Assembly: GCA_964367735.1 (NCBI GenBank)
Contig: CAYIYT010000002.1
Location: 4,958 to 68,957, forward strand
From: an uncultured Muribaculaceae bacterium
GTDB taxonomy: Bacteria; Bacteroidota; Bacteroidia; Bacteroidales; UBA932
Length of the DNA stretch: 64,000 nt
Direction of reading: 5' to 3'
Part shown: positions 1 to 11,512 of the stretch, in pieces
Position numbering within the stretch: position 1 is the first letter of the stretch
Layout: each line of letters starts with the position of its first letter
The notes under the pieces: generated by a model
Told to the model about the DNA's origin: nothing
Databases searched by the model: none
Seen by the model: the letters and a program-made list of their open reading frames with translations, nothing else
Made by a program: the position numbers and the translations under genes

Positions 1-1986
1 GAAGAAGTTCACCTCGTAGACGTTGCACCTAACCAAATTGCATCAATTGCTGCATCTCTTATTCCATTCTTGGAACATGACGATGCCAACCGTGCTCTAA
101 TGGGATCTAATATGATGAGGCAAGCAGTACCGCTTGTTCAACCAGAATCACCAATAGTTGGTACAGGTTTAGAAGGTCCTGTTGTTCAAGACTCAAGGAT
201 CCAAATAACCTCTAGAGGCAAAGGAGAAGTAGTTTACGTAGATGCAAAGGAAATTCATATTAAATATGAAATGACCGAAAACGAAAAATTTGTAAGCTTC
301 GATCCTGATATTACAGTTTACAAGCTACCTCTATATAGAAAGACAAACCAGAATACATCTGTTACTCTTAAACCAATTGTTAAAAAAGGGGAAAAAGTAG
401 TACCAAATCAAATTCTAACAGAAGGTTATGGCACCCAACAAGGAGAATTAGCTTTAGGAAGAAACCTTAAAGTAGCATTCATGCCTTGGCAGGGATATAA
501 CTTTGAAGATGCTATTGTTATCTCTGAAAGACTCCTACGCGAAGATGTATTTACATCTATACACGTAGATGAGTATACAATGGAAGTGCGCGACACAAAG
601 AGAGGAATGGAAGAGTTAACTGCCGATATTCCTAACGTTAGTGAAGAAGCAACTAAAGACCTCGACGAAAATGGTATAATTCGTATAGGAGCTAACATAG
701 AGCCAGGAGATATTTTAATTGGTAAAATAACACCTAAAGGAGAGAGTGATCCTTCACCTGAAGAGAAACTTCTAAGAGCAATTTTTGGAGATAAAGCAGG
801 CGATGTAAAAGATGCATCACTCAAAGCATCACCTTCTCTAAGAGGGGTTGTTATTGACAAACGTCTATTCTCACGTGTAGGTAAAGAGAACTCAAAGAAA
901 GGCAAGAGTGTATCTAAGAACCAAATACAACAAGCCGAAGAGAATTTCACTCGTAAAGCAGGCCATCTAAGAGATAATTTCTTAGAAAGATTATCGGCAT
1001 TGCTACACAGTAAAGTATCTCAAGGAGTTAGCGATCTTTACGGAGTTGAAATAGTCCTAAAAGGAGCTGAGTTTAAGTTAGAAGATCTTTCAAAAATAGA
1101 TTTTGAAAACATAAACCCAACTAAATGGACAACAGATAAAAACACCAATAATCTTACTAAACAGCTAATTAACAACTATTTAATCGCCTACAAAGAGTTT
1201 GACGCCGAACTTAAGAGAATAAAATATAATCTTACTATTGGAGATGAACTACCAACAGGCATTATGCAACTTGCAAAGGTATATATTGCTAAGAAACGTA
1301 AAATTAAAGTTGGAGATAAGATGGCAGGCCGCCACGGTAATAAAGGTATCGTAGCCAAAGTTGTTCGCCAAGAAGACATGCCATTCCTCGAAGACGGATC
1401 TACAGTAGACATAGTGCTTAACCCACTTGGTGTACCTTCTCGTATGAACCTAGGACAGATTTATGAAACAGTACTAGGATGGGCAGGTCTAGAGTTAGGA
1501 GTTAAATTTAGCACACCTATTTTTGATGGCGCCGAACTAGACGAAATCACAAGCTACACAGACAAAGCTGGTCTTCCAAAATATGGTAAAACATATTTAA
1601 GAGACGGTGGCACAGGAGATCTTTTTGATCAACCGGCAACAGTGGGTGTGATATATATGCTCAAGCTTGGACATATGGTAGATGATAAAATGCATGCACG
1701 TTCGATTGGCCCTTACTCACTTATTACCCAACAACCTTTGGGAGGTAAAGCACAGTTTGGAGGTCAAAGATTCGGAGAGATGGAGGTATGGGCACTAGAA
1801 GCCTTTGGGGCAGCCAACATACTTCAAGAGATTCTCACCATTAAATCTGACGACGTTACAGGAAGATCGCGCGCATATGAAGCCATCGTTAAGGGAGATC
1901 CTATGCCCACACCGGGCATTCCGGAGTCACTTAATGTCCTTCTACATGAACTTCGTGGATTAGGGTTAAGCATTAACCTTGATTAA
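1..1986 (+). CDS. rpoB: RNA polymerase beta subunit, 5'-truncated by the window edge
   Basis: Open frame from base 1; motifs [47 protein letters not shown]. Confidence 0.99.
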   Translation, partial: EEVHLVDVAPNQIASIAASLIPFLEHDDANRALMGSNMMRQAVPLVQPESPIVGTGLEGPVVQDSRIQITSRGKGEVVYVDAKEIHIKYEMTENEKFVSFDPDITVYKLPLYRKTNQNTSVTLKPIVKKGEKVVPNQILTEGYGTQQGELALGRNLKVAFMPWQGYNFEDAIVISERLLREDVFTSIHVDEYTMEVRDTKRGMEELTADIPNVSEEATKDLDENGIIRIGANIEPGDILIGKITPKGESDPSPEEKLLRAIFGDKAGDVKDASLKASPSLRGVVIDKRLFSRVGKENSKKGKSVSKNQIQQAEENFTRKAGHLRDNFLERLSALLHSKVSQGVSDLYGVEIVLKGAEFKLEDLSKIDFENINPTKWTTDKNTNNLTKQLINNYLIAYKEFDAELKRIKYNLTIGDELPTGIMQLAKVYIAKKRKIKVGDKMAGRHGNKGIVAKVVRQEDMPFLEDGSTVDIVLNPLGVPSRMNLGQIYETVLGWAGLELGVKFSTPIFDGAELDEITSYTDKAGLPKYGKTYLRDGGTGDLFDQPATVGVIYMLKLGHMVDDKMHARSIGPYSLITQQPLGGKAQFGGQRFGEMEVWALEAFGAANILQEILTIKSDDVTGRSRAYEAIVKGDPMPTPGIPESLNVLLHELRGLGLSINLD

Positions 1987-2024
1987 TTATAAATTGTATT
2001 AGCTAATCTTTGAAACAGAATAAT

Positions 2025-5000
2025 ATGTCTACAAAGAAAGATATAAAGGTAAAGAGCAATTTCAGTCAAATCACAATAAGTCTAGCCTCTCCCGAAGAGA
2101 TTTTGGAAAGATCGTCTGGTGAAGTATTGAAACCAGAAACAGTCAACTACAGAACTTATAAACCGGAAAGAGACGGACTATTTTGTGAAAGAATCTTTGG
2201 CCCGTACAAAGATTATGAGTGTCATTGTGGTAAATATAAAAGAATTCGCTACCGCGGAATTGTTTGCGACCGTTGCGGAGTTGAAGTAACAGAGAAGAAG
2301 GTAAGAAGAGAAAGAATGGGACACATTTCACTTACCGTTCCTGTTGCACATATTTGGTATTTTCGTAGCACTCCTAATAAAATAGGTTACCTACTTGGGA
2401 TTCCTTCGAAAAAGCTTGAGTCTATAGTATACTACGAGCGTTACGTTGTAATACAGGCGGGTATAAAAACAGCCGATGGTGTTAAAGAACACGATTTCCT
2501 AACAGAAGATGAGTACCTAGCAATTTTAGAGACACTTCCTAAGGAAAACCAACTTCTCGACGACACCGATCCAAATAAATTTATGGCCGGCATGGGTGCC
2601 GAGGCAATATTTAAAATGTTGGAAAGAATTAAGTTAGACGAACTATCTTATGAATTAAGATACAAAACCGAAACTGAAACTTCTCAACAAAGAAAAGCAG
2701 ATGCACTAAAACGCCTAAGCGTAGTAGAAGCATTTCGCGAATCTAAAGATATTAACAAGCCAGAATGGATGATACTTAAAGTAATTCCGGTAATCCCACC
2801 AGAATTACGCCCACTAGTTCCTTTGGATGGCGGCCGTTTTGCCACATCGGACCTTAACGACTTGTACAGAAGAGTAATTATTAGGAATAATCGTCTAAAA
2901 AGACTTATAGAAATTAAGGCTCCAGAGGTAATTCTAAGAAACGAGAAGCGTATGCTTCAAGAATCGGTAGACTCTTTGTTCGACAACTCAAGAAAATCCA
3001 ATGCTGTAAAGACAGAAGCAAATAGAACCCTAAAATCCCTTTCAGATAGTTTAAAAGGTAAACAAGGTCGTTTCCGTCAAAACCTACTAGGAAAAAGGGT
3101 AGACTACTCTGCTCGTTCCGTTATTGTAGTAGGTCCCGAACTTAAAATGCACGAATGCGGTATCCCTAAAGATATGGCAGCCGAGCTTTTTAAACCATTT
3201 GTTATTCGCAAGCTAATAGAGAGAGGAATAGTAAAAACAGTAAAATCGGCAAAGAAAATCGTAGATAGGAAAGATCCTGTAATATGGGATATCTTAGAAA
3301 ACGTAATGAAAGGCCACCCTGTTCTACTAAACCGTGCTCCTACCCTACACAGGCTAGGTATTCAAGCATTCCAACCAAAGCTTATTGAAGGTAAAGCTAT
3401 ACAATTGCACCCTCTTTCATGCTCGGCTTTTAATGCCGACTTCGACGGAGACCAAATGGCAGTTCACCTTCCACTTGGAAATGCAGCTATACTAGAGGCA
3501 CAATTGCTAATGTTAGGCTCGCATAACATCCTAAACCCAGCCAACGGAGCCCCTATTACTGTTCCATCCCAAGACATGGTACTTGGTTTGTATTATATTA
3601 CAAAACCACTACCTGGCGCAAAGGGAGAAGGAATGAAGTTCTATGGCCCAGAAGAGGTTATAATAGGACATAACGAAGGCCGTGTTTCAATGAATGCCCA
3701 AATAGAGGTAAGAATCCCTAAAGATTTTTTAGATCCTTCAAAAGGCACACAAATAATAGAAACTACCGTTGGAAGAGTTCTTTTCAATCAAGTAGTTCCA
3801 CACGAAGTAGGCTATATAAATGAGGTCCTTACCAAAAAATCTCTAAGAGATATTATTGGTAACATCCTAAAAGTAGCAGGGGTAGCCAAAACAGCCGAAT
3901 TTCTTGACAACATAAAAGAGATTGGTTTTAAGATGGCATTTAAAGGAGGTCTATCATTTAACTTAGACGATATTATTATACCAGCAGAAAAAGCTACTTT
4001 AATTGAAGATGGCTACAAGCAGGTAGAAAACATAATGTTCTCCTATAACAATGGTTTGATTACAAACAACGAGAGATACAATCAAATAATTGACATCTGG
4101 ACCTCTACAAACACAAAACTTACAAATATTGTTGAGAAACAAATTTCAACCGATAGACAAGGTTTCAACCCAGTTTACATGATGCTTCACTCAGGTGCAA
4201 GGGGCTCTAAAGAGCAAATTCGCCAGCTATCGGGTATGAGGGGTCTAATGGCAAAACCACAGAAATCAAGCTCATCTTCGGCAGAAATTATTGAGAACCC
4301 TATTTTGTCTAACTTTAAAGAAGGTCTTTCTGTATTAGAGTACTTTATCTCTACTCACGGTGCTCGTAAAGGACTTGCCGATACTGCTCTTAAAACAGCA
4401 GACGCTGGTTATCTAACACGTCGTTTAGTAGACGTTTCACATGATGTTATTATAAACGAAGAGGACTGTGGTACATTAAGAGGTCTTGTTGCTACGGCAA
4501 TAAAAAACAAGGACGAAATTGTAGAATCACTTTACGATAGAATACTTGGGCGCACATGTGTACATGATATTTACAACCCTTTAACAGGAGAAAAAATAAT
4601 AGACACAGGAGAAGAGATTACAGAAGAAATAGCTGCACTTATCGAAAGCTTACCAATTGAGCAAGTAGAGATTCGTTCGGTATTAACCTGTGAATCTAAG
4701 AAAGGTGTTTGTGGCAAATGTTACGGACGTAACCTAGCTAGAGGTAAAATGGTAGAGATAGGAGAAGTTGTAGGTGTTATTGCAGCTCAATCTATTGGTG
4801 AGCCAGGAACACAGCTTACTCTTCGTACATTCCACGTTGGAGGCACAGCATCTAACATAGCTTCAGAAAATGAGATTATAGCCCGTTACGATGGAAGAAT
4901 TGAATTTGAAGAGCTAAGGACACTTATAAAAGAGACCGATGCAAAGGAAAAACATGAGATTGTAATTGGCAGAACTGCCGAGATGCATATTGTAGATGTT

Positions 5001-6290
5001 AATACTAGCATTGTACTGTCTAACCACAACATTCCTTACGGAGCACTTCTCTATTTTAAAAATGGAGACGTAGTAAAGAAAGGCGACAAAATTTGTGAAT
5101 GGGATGCATATAATGCACTTACTATAGCAGAGATTGGTGGTAAAATAGCATATGACAGCTTAATAGAAGGTGTTACTTACAGAGAAGAGGCTGCAGATGA
5201 ATACTCACTCCACAAAGAGAAAGTAATTATAGAGTCTAGGGATAAATCTAAAAACCCTACCCTTAAAATTATGGACGACACTAAACTTGAACTTCGCCAG
5301 TATAACTTACCTGTAGGAGCTCATATAATGGTCGAAAATGGTAAAAAGGTAAGGTCTGGAGATATTCTTGTTAAGATTCCAAGAGCTATCGGAAAATCTG
5401 GTGATATCACAGGTGGTCTTCCAAGAGTAACTGAATTGTTTGAAGCACGTAACCCATCTAATCCTGCAGTAGTTTCGGCTATCAATGGAGAAGTATCAAT
5501 GGGCAAAATCAAACGCGGTAACCGCGAGATTATTGTAACATCAAAAACTGGAGAAGAGATGCGTTACCTTGTTCCACTCTCTAAACAGATTTTGGTTCAA
5601 GAGAACGACTATATTAGAGCCGGTATGGCACTATCCGAGGGTGCAATTGCTCCAGCAGATATACTAGCTATACAAGGTCCAACAAGAGTTCAAGAATATA
5701 TTGTAAACGAAGTTCAGGAAGTCTACAGAATGCAAGGTGTGAAAATTAACGATAAACACTTTGAAATTATTGTTAGACAAATGATGCGTAAACTAGAAAT
5801 TGTAGACCCAGGCGATACTCGTTTCTTACCAGAGCAACTAGTAGACAAATGGGAATTCATGCTAGAGAACGATAATATTTACGATAAACAAGTTGTTTTA
5901 GAATCTGGAGACTCTCAAGAGCTAAAACCAGGAATGATTGTTACAGTTAGAAGGCTACGTGAAGAGAACTCTACTCTAAAAAGAAGAGATCTCAAAAAAG
6001 TAGAAGCTAGAGACGCAATTCCAGCTACATCTAACCAAGTACTTCAAGGTATAACTAGAGCAGCTCTAAGAACTAACAGCTTTATGAGTGCTGCGTCTTT
6101 CCAAGAGACCACTAAAGTACTATCGGAAGCAGCAACATTTGGTAAAACAGACACTCTAGAGGGTCTTAAAGAGAACGTTATTTGCGGTCACCTCATTCCA
6201 GCAGGAACTGGTTCACGTGAATACGACAAGATTATTGTCACATCTAAAGACGATTATCAAAGAGCCTTTAAGAGCAAAAAAGAAGAGTAG
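2025..6290 (+). CDS. rpoC: RNA polymerase beta' subunit
   Basis: [12 protein letters not shown] catalytic motif, N-terminal Zn finger, follows rpoB; ATG at 2025 preferred over TTG at 2010. Confidence 0.99.
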   Translation: MSTKKDIKVKSNFSQITISLASPEEILERSSGEVLKPETVNYRTYKPERDGLFCERIFGPYKDYECHCGKYKRIRYRGIVCDRCGVEVTEKKVRRERMGHISLTVPVAHIWYFRSTPNKIGYLLGIPSKKLESIVYYERYVVIQAGIKTADGVKEHDFLTEDEYLAILETLPKENQLLDDTDPNKFMAGMGAEAIFKMLERIKLDELSYELRYKTETETSQQRKADALKRLSVVEAFRESKDINKPEWMILKVIPVIPPELRPLVPLDGGRFATSDLNDLYRRVIIRNNRLKRLIEIKAPEVILRNEKRMLQESVDSLFDNSRKSNAVKTEANRTLKSLSDSLKGKQGRFRQNLLGKRVDYSARSVIVVGPELKMHECGIPKDMAAELFKPFVIRKLIERGIVKTVKSAKKIVDRKDPVIWDILENVMKGHPVLLNRAPTLHRLGIQAFQPKLIEGKAIQLHPLSCSAFNADFDGDQMAVHLPLGNAAILEAQLLMLGSHNILNPANGAPITVPSQDMVLGLYYITKPLPGAKGEGMKFYGPEEVIIGHNEGRVSMNAQIEVRIPKDFLDPSKGTQIIETTVGRVLFNQVVPHEVGYINEVLTKKSLRDIIGNILKVAGVAKTAEFLDNIKEIGFKMAFKGGLSFNLDDIIIPAEKATLIEDGYKQVENIMFSYNNGLITNNERYNQIIDIWTSTNTKLTNIVEKQISTDRQGFNPVYMMLHSGARGSKEQIRQLSGMRGLMAKPQKSSSSSAEIIENPILSNFKEGLSVLEYFISTHGARKGLADTALKTADAGYLTRRLVDVSHDVIINEEDCGTLRGLVATAIKNKDEIVESLYDRILGRTCVHDIYNPLTGEKIIDTGEEITEEIAALIESLPIEQVEIRSVLTCESKKGVCGKCYGRNLARGKMVEIGEVVGVIAAQSIGEPGTQLTLRTFHVGGTASNIASENEIIARYDGRIEFEELRTLIKETDAKEKHEIVIGRTAEMHIVDVNTSIVLSNHNIPYGALLYFKNGDVVKKGDKICEWDAYNALTIAEIGGKIAYDSLIEGVTYREEAADEYSLHKEKVIIESRDKSKNPTLKIMDDTKLELRQYNLPVGAHIMVENGKKVRSGDILVKIPRAIGKSGDITGGLPRVTELFEARNPSNPAVVSAINGEVSMGKIKRGNREIIVTSKTGEEMRYLVPLSKQILVQENDYIRAGMALSEGAIAPADILAIQGPTRVQEYIVNEVQEVYRMQGVKINDKHFEIIVRQMMRKLEIVDPGDTRFLPEQLVDKWEFMLENDNIYDKQVVLESGDSQELKPGMIVTVRRLREENSTLKRRDLKKVEARDAIPATSNQVLQGITRAALRTNSFMSAASFQETTKVLSEAATFGKTDTLEGLKENVICGHLIPAGTGSREYDKIIVTSKDDYQRAFKSKKEE

Positions 6291-6316
6291 TATTTTACTA
6301 ATCAAATAGTTTCACT

Positions 6317-6348
6317 AAAAAGGGGTAGCCATATGGCTACCCCTTTTT
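6317..6348. terminator. Intrinsic terminator after rpoC (perfect 32-bp palindrome, potentially bidirectional)
   Basis: AAAAAGGGGTAGCCAT|ATGGCTACCCCTTTTT. Confidence 0.92.
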
Positions 6349-6467
6349 TATTTCTCCAAACTCATTCCCAAAAACAGACCTATTTTCAAAATAAAACGCC
6401 TATTTTTCCAATAGCATATATATTACAAATTAGATAGCAAAATTTAGTGTTACTAAAGTAAGTATCT

Positions 6468-6499
6468 AAAAAAAAGCCGGCTTGTTTACACAAGCCGGC
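6468..6499 (-). terminator. Intrinsic terminator after susD
   Basis: GCCGGCTTG-tttaca-CAAGCCGGC stem with an 8-T tract on the minus strand. Confidence 0.9.
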
Positions 6500-6530
6500 C
6501 TCTAAATTATAGATAGTTTATTCTACAGAA

Positions 6531-7982
6531 TTATCTAGGGTTTTGAACTTTTATGTTCGGATTCCTATCAAACTCCGATTGTGGAATTTGGAAGTTCCAT
6601 CTATTACTTCCAGCAGGAATAGTAAATTTGTGAGATAGAGCGTGGTTTCCGGTTCTAACCATTGCCCTTCCATAACGTTTCAAATCAAAATACTCTGTTC
6701 CTATTTCGCCATAAAGTTCTTTGCGGCGTTCTACAAGAATTTCGTCTGTTAATGCAGCACCTGTTTTTCCAGAAGCAACTGCACTTGGGTCGCGGTGTTT
6801 CTGAAGGCTATAAAGTAGTGTAGCAGCTTCAGCAACTTTTGCAGGTTGCTGTGATTTAGCTTCTGCTTCAACAAGGATCATTTCTGAAGCTCTCATCATT
6901 ACCCAGTCGCCATCGGCATCAGGTTGACGATCTTGAAATTTTCTCGCACCATTTTTAGCCCATGGAGTTCCAGCACTAAAGTAAGGAGAAGGAGTTACAA
7001 AAACATTTCTCATATCTGTTGCAGTAAATAACGCAACAAAATCGTCATTAATAAAGAAGTTTTTGTAACCATTTTGTGGTCTAAAAATATCTATGTGAGA
7101 GAATAGAGATGCATATCCCCAAGCTTGGTCTGGCTGGAATGGGAAACCCCACATCCATTCACCTGTACCAATTGAATTAAAACCAGTAGATTTATAGGTA
7201 GCAGCATCCATCAATGGGAAACCCTGTCTAGCTGCATTTGCATCAGCTTCTGCAGCAGGCCAATTTCTCATTTCCAAATGTACATTAGCTCTGAATGCTT
7301 GAGCTACATTTTTATTAATCCTGAATTTAGATGATCTTGCAGCAGGCAAATTTGTTACAGCAAAGTCTAAATCTTCAAGAATCTGATCATATACTGCTTG
7401 AACAGTAGCTCTATCATTACCTTTAGTTTCTGCACTTGTTGGTTCTATATAAATAGGTACACATGGTTGTGCTTTGTCTACAAGAGCATATGAGAATTGA
7501 AATTCTCTCGCTAAGCAAAAATAAGAAAGAGCTCTAACAGCTTTTAGTTCAGCAATATATCTTGTTTTAAGTTCTGCTGTTACAGTAGACTCTTCAATAC
7601 CTAGTATTTTGGTATTTGCATCATTAATAATTTCGTAAAACATTGCCCAGTGGTAATTGGATTGATAGCCAGTTGATGCCGTAATACTGGCATTCCATGC
7701 AGATTCATATGTCCACCACTGACCTGGGTTAGAGATGATATCATTACCCATAAAGTCAAAACCAAGATTGTAATATCTCAAACCAACAGTAACGTGTCGG
7801 TCGTAGTAGTATTCTCGCAGTAGGTCAATTGATCCAACAACTGCATTTGTTATAGATTGTTCATTTACAAAGAGTACGTTAGGTGTTACACTGCCACTAT
7901 GTGGTTCAGCAACCTCTAGCCAATTGTTTCCACAACTTGTAAGTAGAACAGCTCCAACAATAAATATTAGTATTTTTTTCAT
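6531..7982 (-). CDS. RagB/SusD family surface lipoprotein
   Basis: Lipobox LLTSC; typical SusD C-terminal motifs RASEMILVEAEA, ERRKELYGE, FDLKR, IPQSE; follows a susC-like gene. Confidence 0.95.
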   Translation of the reverse strand: MKKILIFIVGAVLLTSCGNNWLEVAEPHSGSVTPNVLFVNEQSITNAVVGSIDLLREYYYDRHVTVGLRYYNLGFDFMGNDIISNPGQWWTYESAWNASITASTGYQSNYHWAMFYEIINDANTKILGIEESTVTAELKTRYIAELKAVRALSYFCLAREFQFSYALVDKAQPCVPIYIEPTSAETKGNDRATVQAVYDQILEDLDFAVTNLPAARSSKFRINKNVAQAFRANVHLEMRNWPAAEADANAARQGFPLMDAATYKSTGFNSIGTGEWMWGFPFQPDQAWGYASLFSHIDIFRPQNGYKNFFINDDFVALFTATDMRNVFVTPSPYFSAGTPWAKNGARKFQDRQPDADGDWVMMRASEMILVEAEAKSQQPAKVAEAATLLYSLQKHRDPSAVASGKTGAALTDEILVERRKELYGEIGTEYFDLKRYGRAMVRTGNHALSHKFTIPAGSNRWNFQIPQSEFDRNPNIKVQNPR

Positions 7983-8008
7983 TTTGTCAAATGCTAAGTT
8001 AATAATTG

Positions 8009-11000
8009 TTAAAATTCAAGATTAATACCAAATGAGAACACCTTAAGTGAAGATGATGTATTTGATGTTAATCCTGCTAGTCCTTGCTCTGGGTCTAAGC
8101 CTTCAGAACCAAATAATGTAAATGGATTATCTGCACTAACATAGATTTTTGCAGAACCAAGGCCAAGATTTTTTATCGATTTAATATTCGCAAGGTCATA
8201 GCCTAGTGTAATACTTCTTACTCTTAAATAATCACCCTTAACTAGCCATAGTGTAGATGAGCTACTATATTGTAAAGAAGAGCCAGCTAAATAAGGTACG
8301 TTAGTTACATCACCTGGTTTTTGCCATCTTTTTAGTGCATCTACAGATGCTTGGTAACCAGTCCTATCATTACTAAAAAGACTCATTAGACCAGCTTTGT
8401 CTGTATCAAGTAATTTTCCACCTATAGCAAATGAAGTAAGAATATTTAGTGAGATACCTTTCCAAGTAAAGTTAGTGTTTAAACCACCTGTTGCAGAAGG
8501 AAGTGCATCACCTACCATATATCTTGTTGCTTGAGAGTATGTTTTGGTAATCTCTTTACCAGTTACTTCGCCTTCGGCATCTAGAATATCTTTATACCAT
8601 GTTGGTTTACCATCTTCAGGATCTACTCCCGCATATTCTTGTAAATACCAGCTATAGATTGAGTGTCCTATCTGAACTCTCTTGCTATTTGCAGTGTTAA
8701 AGCCTTTAATTTGCTCTAAAGGAAGTTGGGTAACTTCATTCTTTGCAAAAGTTAAATTCATCCCTATATCCCATGAGAAATCTTTTGAATTCATTAGAAT
8801 ACCCTTCAATTCAATTTCAAAACCGGAGTTTTTAACCTGTCCAATGTTGTCATTGTAAGATGTAATACCAGCAGAAATAGGAAGAGGACGAGCCATAAGA
8901 AGGTCTTTAGATCTTCTATTATAATAAGTTAATGAACCAGTAAGTGCATTAGAGAATAATCCAAAGTCTACTCCAAGGTCTAGCTGTTCTTGCTTTTCCC
9001 AAGTTAGATTATTATTACCAAGTGTGCTTACAATAGATCCAAGACTACCAAGAATGTTCCATCCTGTTGCATATGTTGATAAGTAAGGGAAATAGCCAAG
9101 ATTTTGATTACCTGAAGTACCATAACTAGCACGTAGTTTAAGAGTATTCACATATGATCTTGTGCCTTGCATAAAGTCTTCATTAGCAATATTCCAACCA
9201 GCACCTACAGACCAGAATGTACCCCATCTTGAGTCGCGATAGAACCTTGATGTTCCATCATAAGTAACCGATGCAGATACGTGATAACGATTACTATAGT
9301 CATAATTTGCACGACCCATGTATCTAAAGTTACGGCTTGCAGTTTTGTTTGAAGAAGCTACAATTAGATTTGCACCATAGTCAAGCTCTTGGTCTGCAAA
9401 GTCAAATCCGCGTTTTTCTGCTTTTAAATAATCTGTTTGGAAATCGAATGACTCAGTACCTGCAAGTACATTAACGTGATGATCGTCAAATGTCTTATCA
9501 TAAGTAAGAGTGTTGGTCCAAATAATGGTTGAATTTGTTGTCCTAGTTCTAGAGCTTAATCCACCATATGCTGTACCGTCACCAATTAAGTTGTTATAGT
9601 ACTGTCTTTCTGAAAGTAGATAGTACTCTACTCCTAAAGTAGATCTGAAAGTAATATCTTTAATAGGTTTAATTTCAATGAAACCTGAGTTATTAGACAT
9701 AAATCTTGAGTTAGAAATATCGTCATACTGGAATGTTCCTAGTGGATTAGATCCTGCAAAAACAGGTCTATCTGAACCCCAAACAGTATTTCTACCATAG
9801 TCAGAAATTTTCTCACCATCGGCGTCTAAAATAAAACTTCCATCTCTTGCTCTTACATATGCAGGATAAATATTTGCAACGGAACGAACGAAAAGAACAG
9901 AGTTTCTAATTGAACTACCACCTTGAGTTGGATAGTTCTGCTTGCTATAAGACAAGCCCATATTTAGACCAACTGTCATCCATTTACCAATGCCAGCGTC
10001 AATCTTACCTCTAATAGAGTAACGATTGAATTTAGACATTTTAACCATTCCTTCATCATCCAAGAATCCACCTGAAATCAAGAAACGGCTTCTTTCATTA
10101 CCACCCATTGCTTGGATGTTGTATTCTTGTCTCTTACCAGTTTGGAATAGAGCTTTGTTCCAATCTTCTTGATAAAGAAGATTTGCGCCTGAAACAATTT
10201 TACCATCAGTACCAACAGGATTTGCAACATTGAAAGGGTTGTAAACTGTTGCACCAGTTAATTCGTTTGTAGCACGTTGGCGAGCTTCAGCATCTGTAAC
10301 TAGACCAGATCTTAAGTTATCACCATACATTCTCTCCCACATAAGCTCCATATAATCGCCATTGTCTAAGTACTTGTAGTCTTTTACAGCTCTTGTAGAA
10401 AGACCAACAGAAGCAGAAGCAGAGATCATAGTTTTACCTGGTCTACCAATTTTAGTAGTAATCATGATAACACCATTTGCTGCACGAGATCCATAAAGAG
10501 CAGTTGAGTTTGCGTCTTTAAGAACAGTAAATGACTCAATATCACCAGGATTAATAGAGTTTAAGTTACCATTATAAATAACACCATCGAGAACGATAAG
10601 TGGCTCGCTTGAGCCAGAGAACGAACCGATACCTCTAATTCTAATTGTAGCATTTTCACCCGGTTGGCCGTTTCCGTTAACAACAAGAACTCCAGATGCA
10701 AGACCTTGAAGAGCTTTTGAAACAGAGCTCACCTTAAGGTTCTTAATCTCGTCCGATTTGATAATAGAAGCGGTTCCAGTAAATGCTCTTTTTGACTGAG
10801 GACCGTATGCAGTAAGCACAACCTCATCTAACGATAAAGCGTCTGGAGATACTGTTACGTCAATAACAGTTCTTCCGTTCACAGTGATTTCAGTAGTTGT
10901 ATAACCAATGCCGGCAAATACTAATACCGATTGATTATTAGGAACTGTGATGGTGTATCTACCTTCGCTATCTGTATATGCACCAGTGGTTGTTCCTTTC

Positions 11001-11128
11001 ACTGATACTGTTACAATAGCTGGAGATCCATCCTCACTACTAATCACTTTCCCTGTGACTTTTGTCTGAGCAAAGCCTACCCCAGCAATGAGCAGAGAGG
11101 TAAGCAAAAGAAAAATAATTTTTTTCAT
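8009..11128 (-). CDS. SusC/RagA family TonB-dependent transporter
   Basis: Signal peptide, carboxypeptidase-regulatory-like N-domain, plug motif LKDANSTALYGSRAANGVIMITTK, KLRASYG, C-terminal F. Confidence 0.97.
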   Translation of the reverse strand: MKKIIFLLLTSLLIAGVGFAQTKVTGKVISSEDGSPAIVTVSVKGTTTGAYTDSEGRYTITVPNNQSVLVFAGIGYTTTEITVNGRTVIDVTVSPDALSLDEVVLTAYGPQSKRAFTGTASIIKSDEIKNLKVSSVSKALQGLASGVLVVNGNGQPGENATIRIRGIGSFSGSSEPLIVLDGVIYNGNLNSINPGDIESFTVLKDANSTALYGSRAANGVIMITTKIGRPGKTMISASASVGLSTRAVKDYKYLDNGDYMELMWERMYGDNLRSGLVTDAEARQRATNELTGATVYNPFNVANPVGTDGKIVSGANLLYQEDWNKALFQTGKRQEYNIQAMGGNERSRFLISGGFLDDEGMVKMSKFNRYSIRGKIDAGIGKWMTVGLNMGLSYSKQNYPTQGGSSIRNSVLFVRSVANIYPAYVRARDGSFILDADGEKISDYGRNTVWGSDRPVFAGSNPLGTFQYDDISNSRFMSNNSGFIEIKPIKDITFRSTLGVEYYLLSERQYYNNLIGDGTAYGGLSSRTRTTNSTIIWTNTLTYDKTFDDHHVNVLAGTESFDFQTDYLKAEKRGFDFADQELDYGANLIVASSNKTASRNFRYMGRANYDYSNRYHVSASVTYDGTSRFYRDSRWGTFWSVGAGWNIANEDFMQGTRSYVNTLKLRASYGTSGNQNLGYFPYLSTYATGWNILGSLGSIVSTLGNNNLTWEKQEQLDLGVDFGLFSNALTGSLTYYNRRSKDLLMARPLPISAGITSYNDNIGQVKNSGFEIELKGILMNSKDFSWDIGMNLTFAKNEVTQLPLEQIKGFNTANSKRVQIGHSIYSWYLQEYAGVDPEDGKPTWYKDILDAEGEVTGKEITKTYSQATRYMVGDALPSATGGLNTNFTWKGISLNILTSFAIGGKLLDTDKAGLMSLFSNDRTGYQASVDALKRWQKPGDVTNVPYLAGSSLQYSSSSTLWLVKGDYLRVRSITLGYDLANIKSIKNLGLGSAKIYVSADNPFTLFGSEGLDPEQGLAGLTSNTSSSLKVFSFGINLEF

Positions 11129-11138
11129 TTAGTTTGTT

Positions 11139-11190
11139 TTGGTTAATAAATAGGTTAATTTAGGTTAATCTAGTTTAATGTAAGTCAATA
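11139..11190. repeat. 10-bp-period direct repeats (TAGGTTAAT-like) in the susC 5' leader
   Basis: ttggttaata(aa) taggttaatt taggttaatc tagtttaatg taagtcaata. Confidence 0.7.
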
Positions 11191-11269
11191 TTGCTTATTA
11201 AAAATATCTAAATTCTTGTTTCTAATTTAAGTTTAATAGCTAATTGACAATATTTCTTAATTAATATTA

Positions 11270-11277
11270 CAAATATA
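11270..11277 (-). promoter_or_regulatory. Bacteroidetes sigma-A -7 box upstream of susC (second copy at 11380-11387)
   Basis: TATATTTG on the minus strand matches TAnnTTTG. Confidence 0.6.
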
Positions 11278-11512
11278 TTAAATTTTAGGACATTTCAACT
11301 AATTATATTATGTTTCCTTCCAGTATTACTTAAATTAATTTAGAAAGTAGTACCTAATGTTCTTTAGTAATTAGTATAGCAAATATATGAAAATAAATAG
11401 AATTTAAACTATCAAACCAACTAAAAAGAGAGATTTAATAGGTTATGATGCTAAATATTTGGGAGCAACAAGAAAAAATTCGAAATAGTAATTGTTATAT
11501 AAGAATAATATC

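Noticed and set aside
870-1240. Intein or foreign insertion in rpoB
   Set aside because: No intein terminal or endonuclease motifs; it fits the lineage-specific beta-subunit insertion of Bacteroidetes
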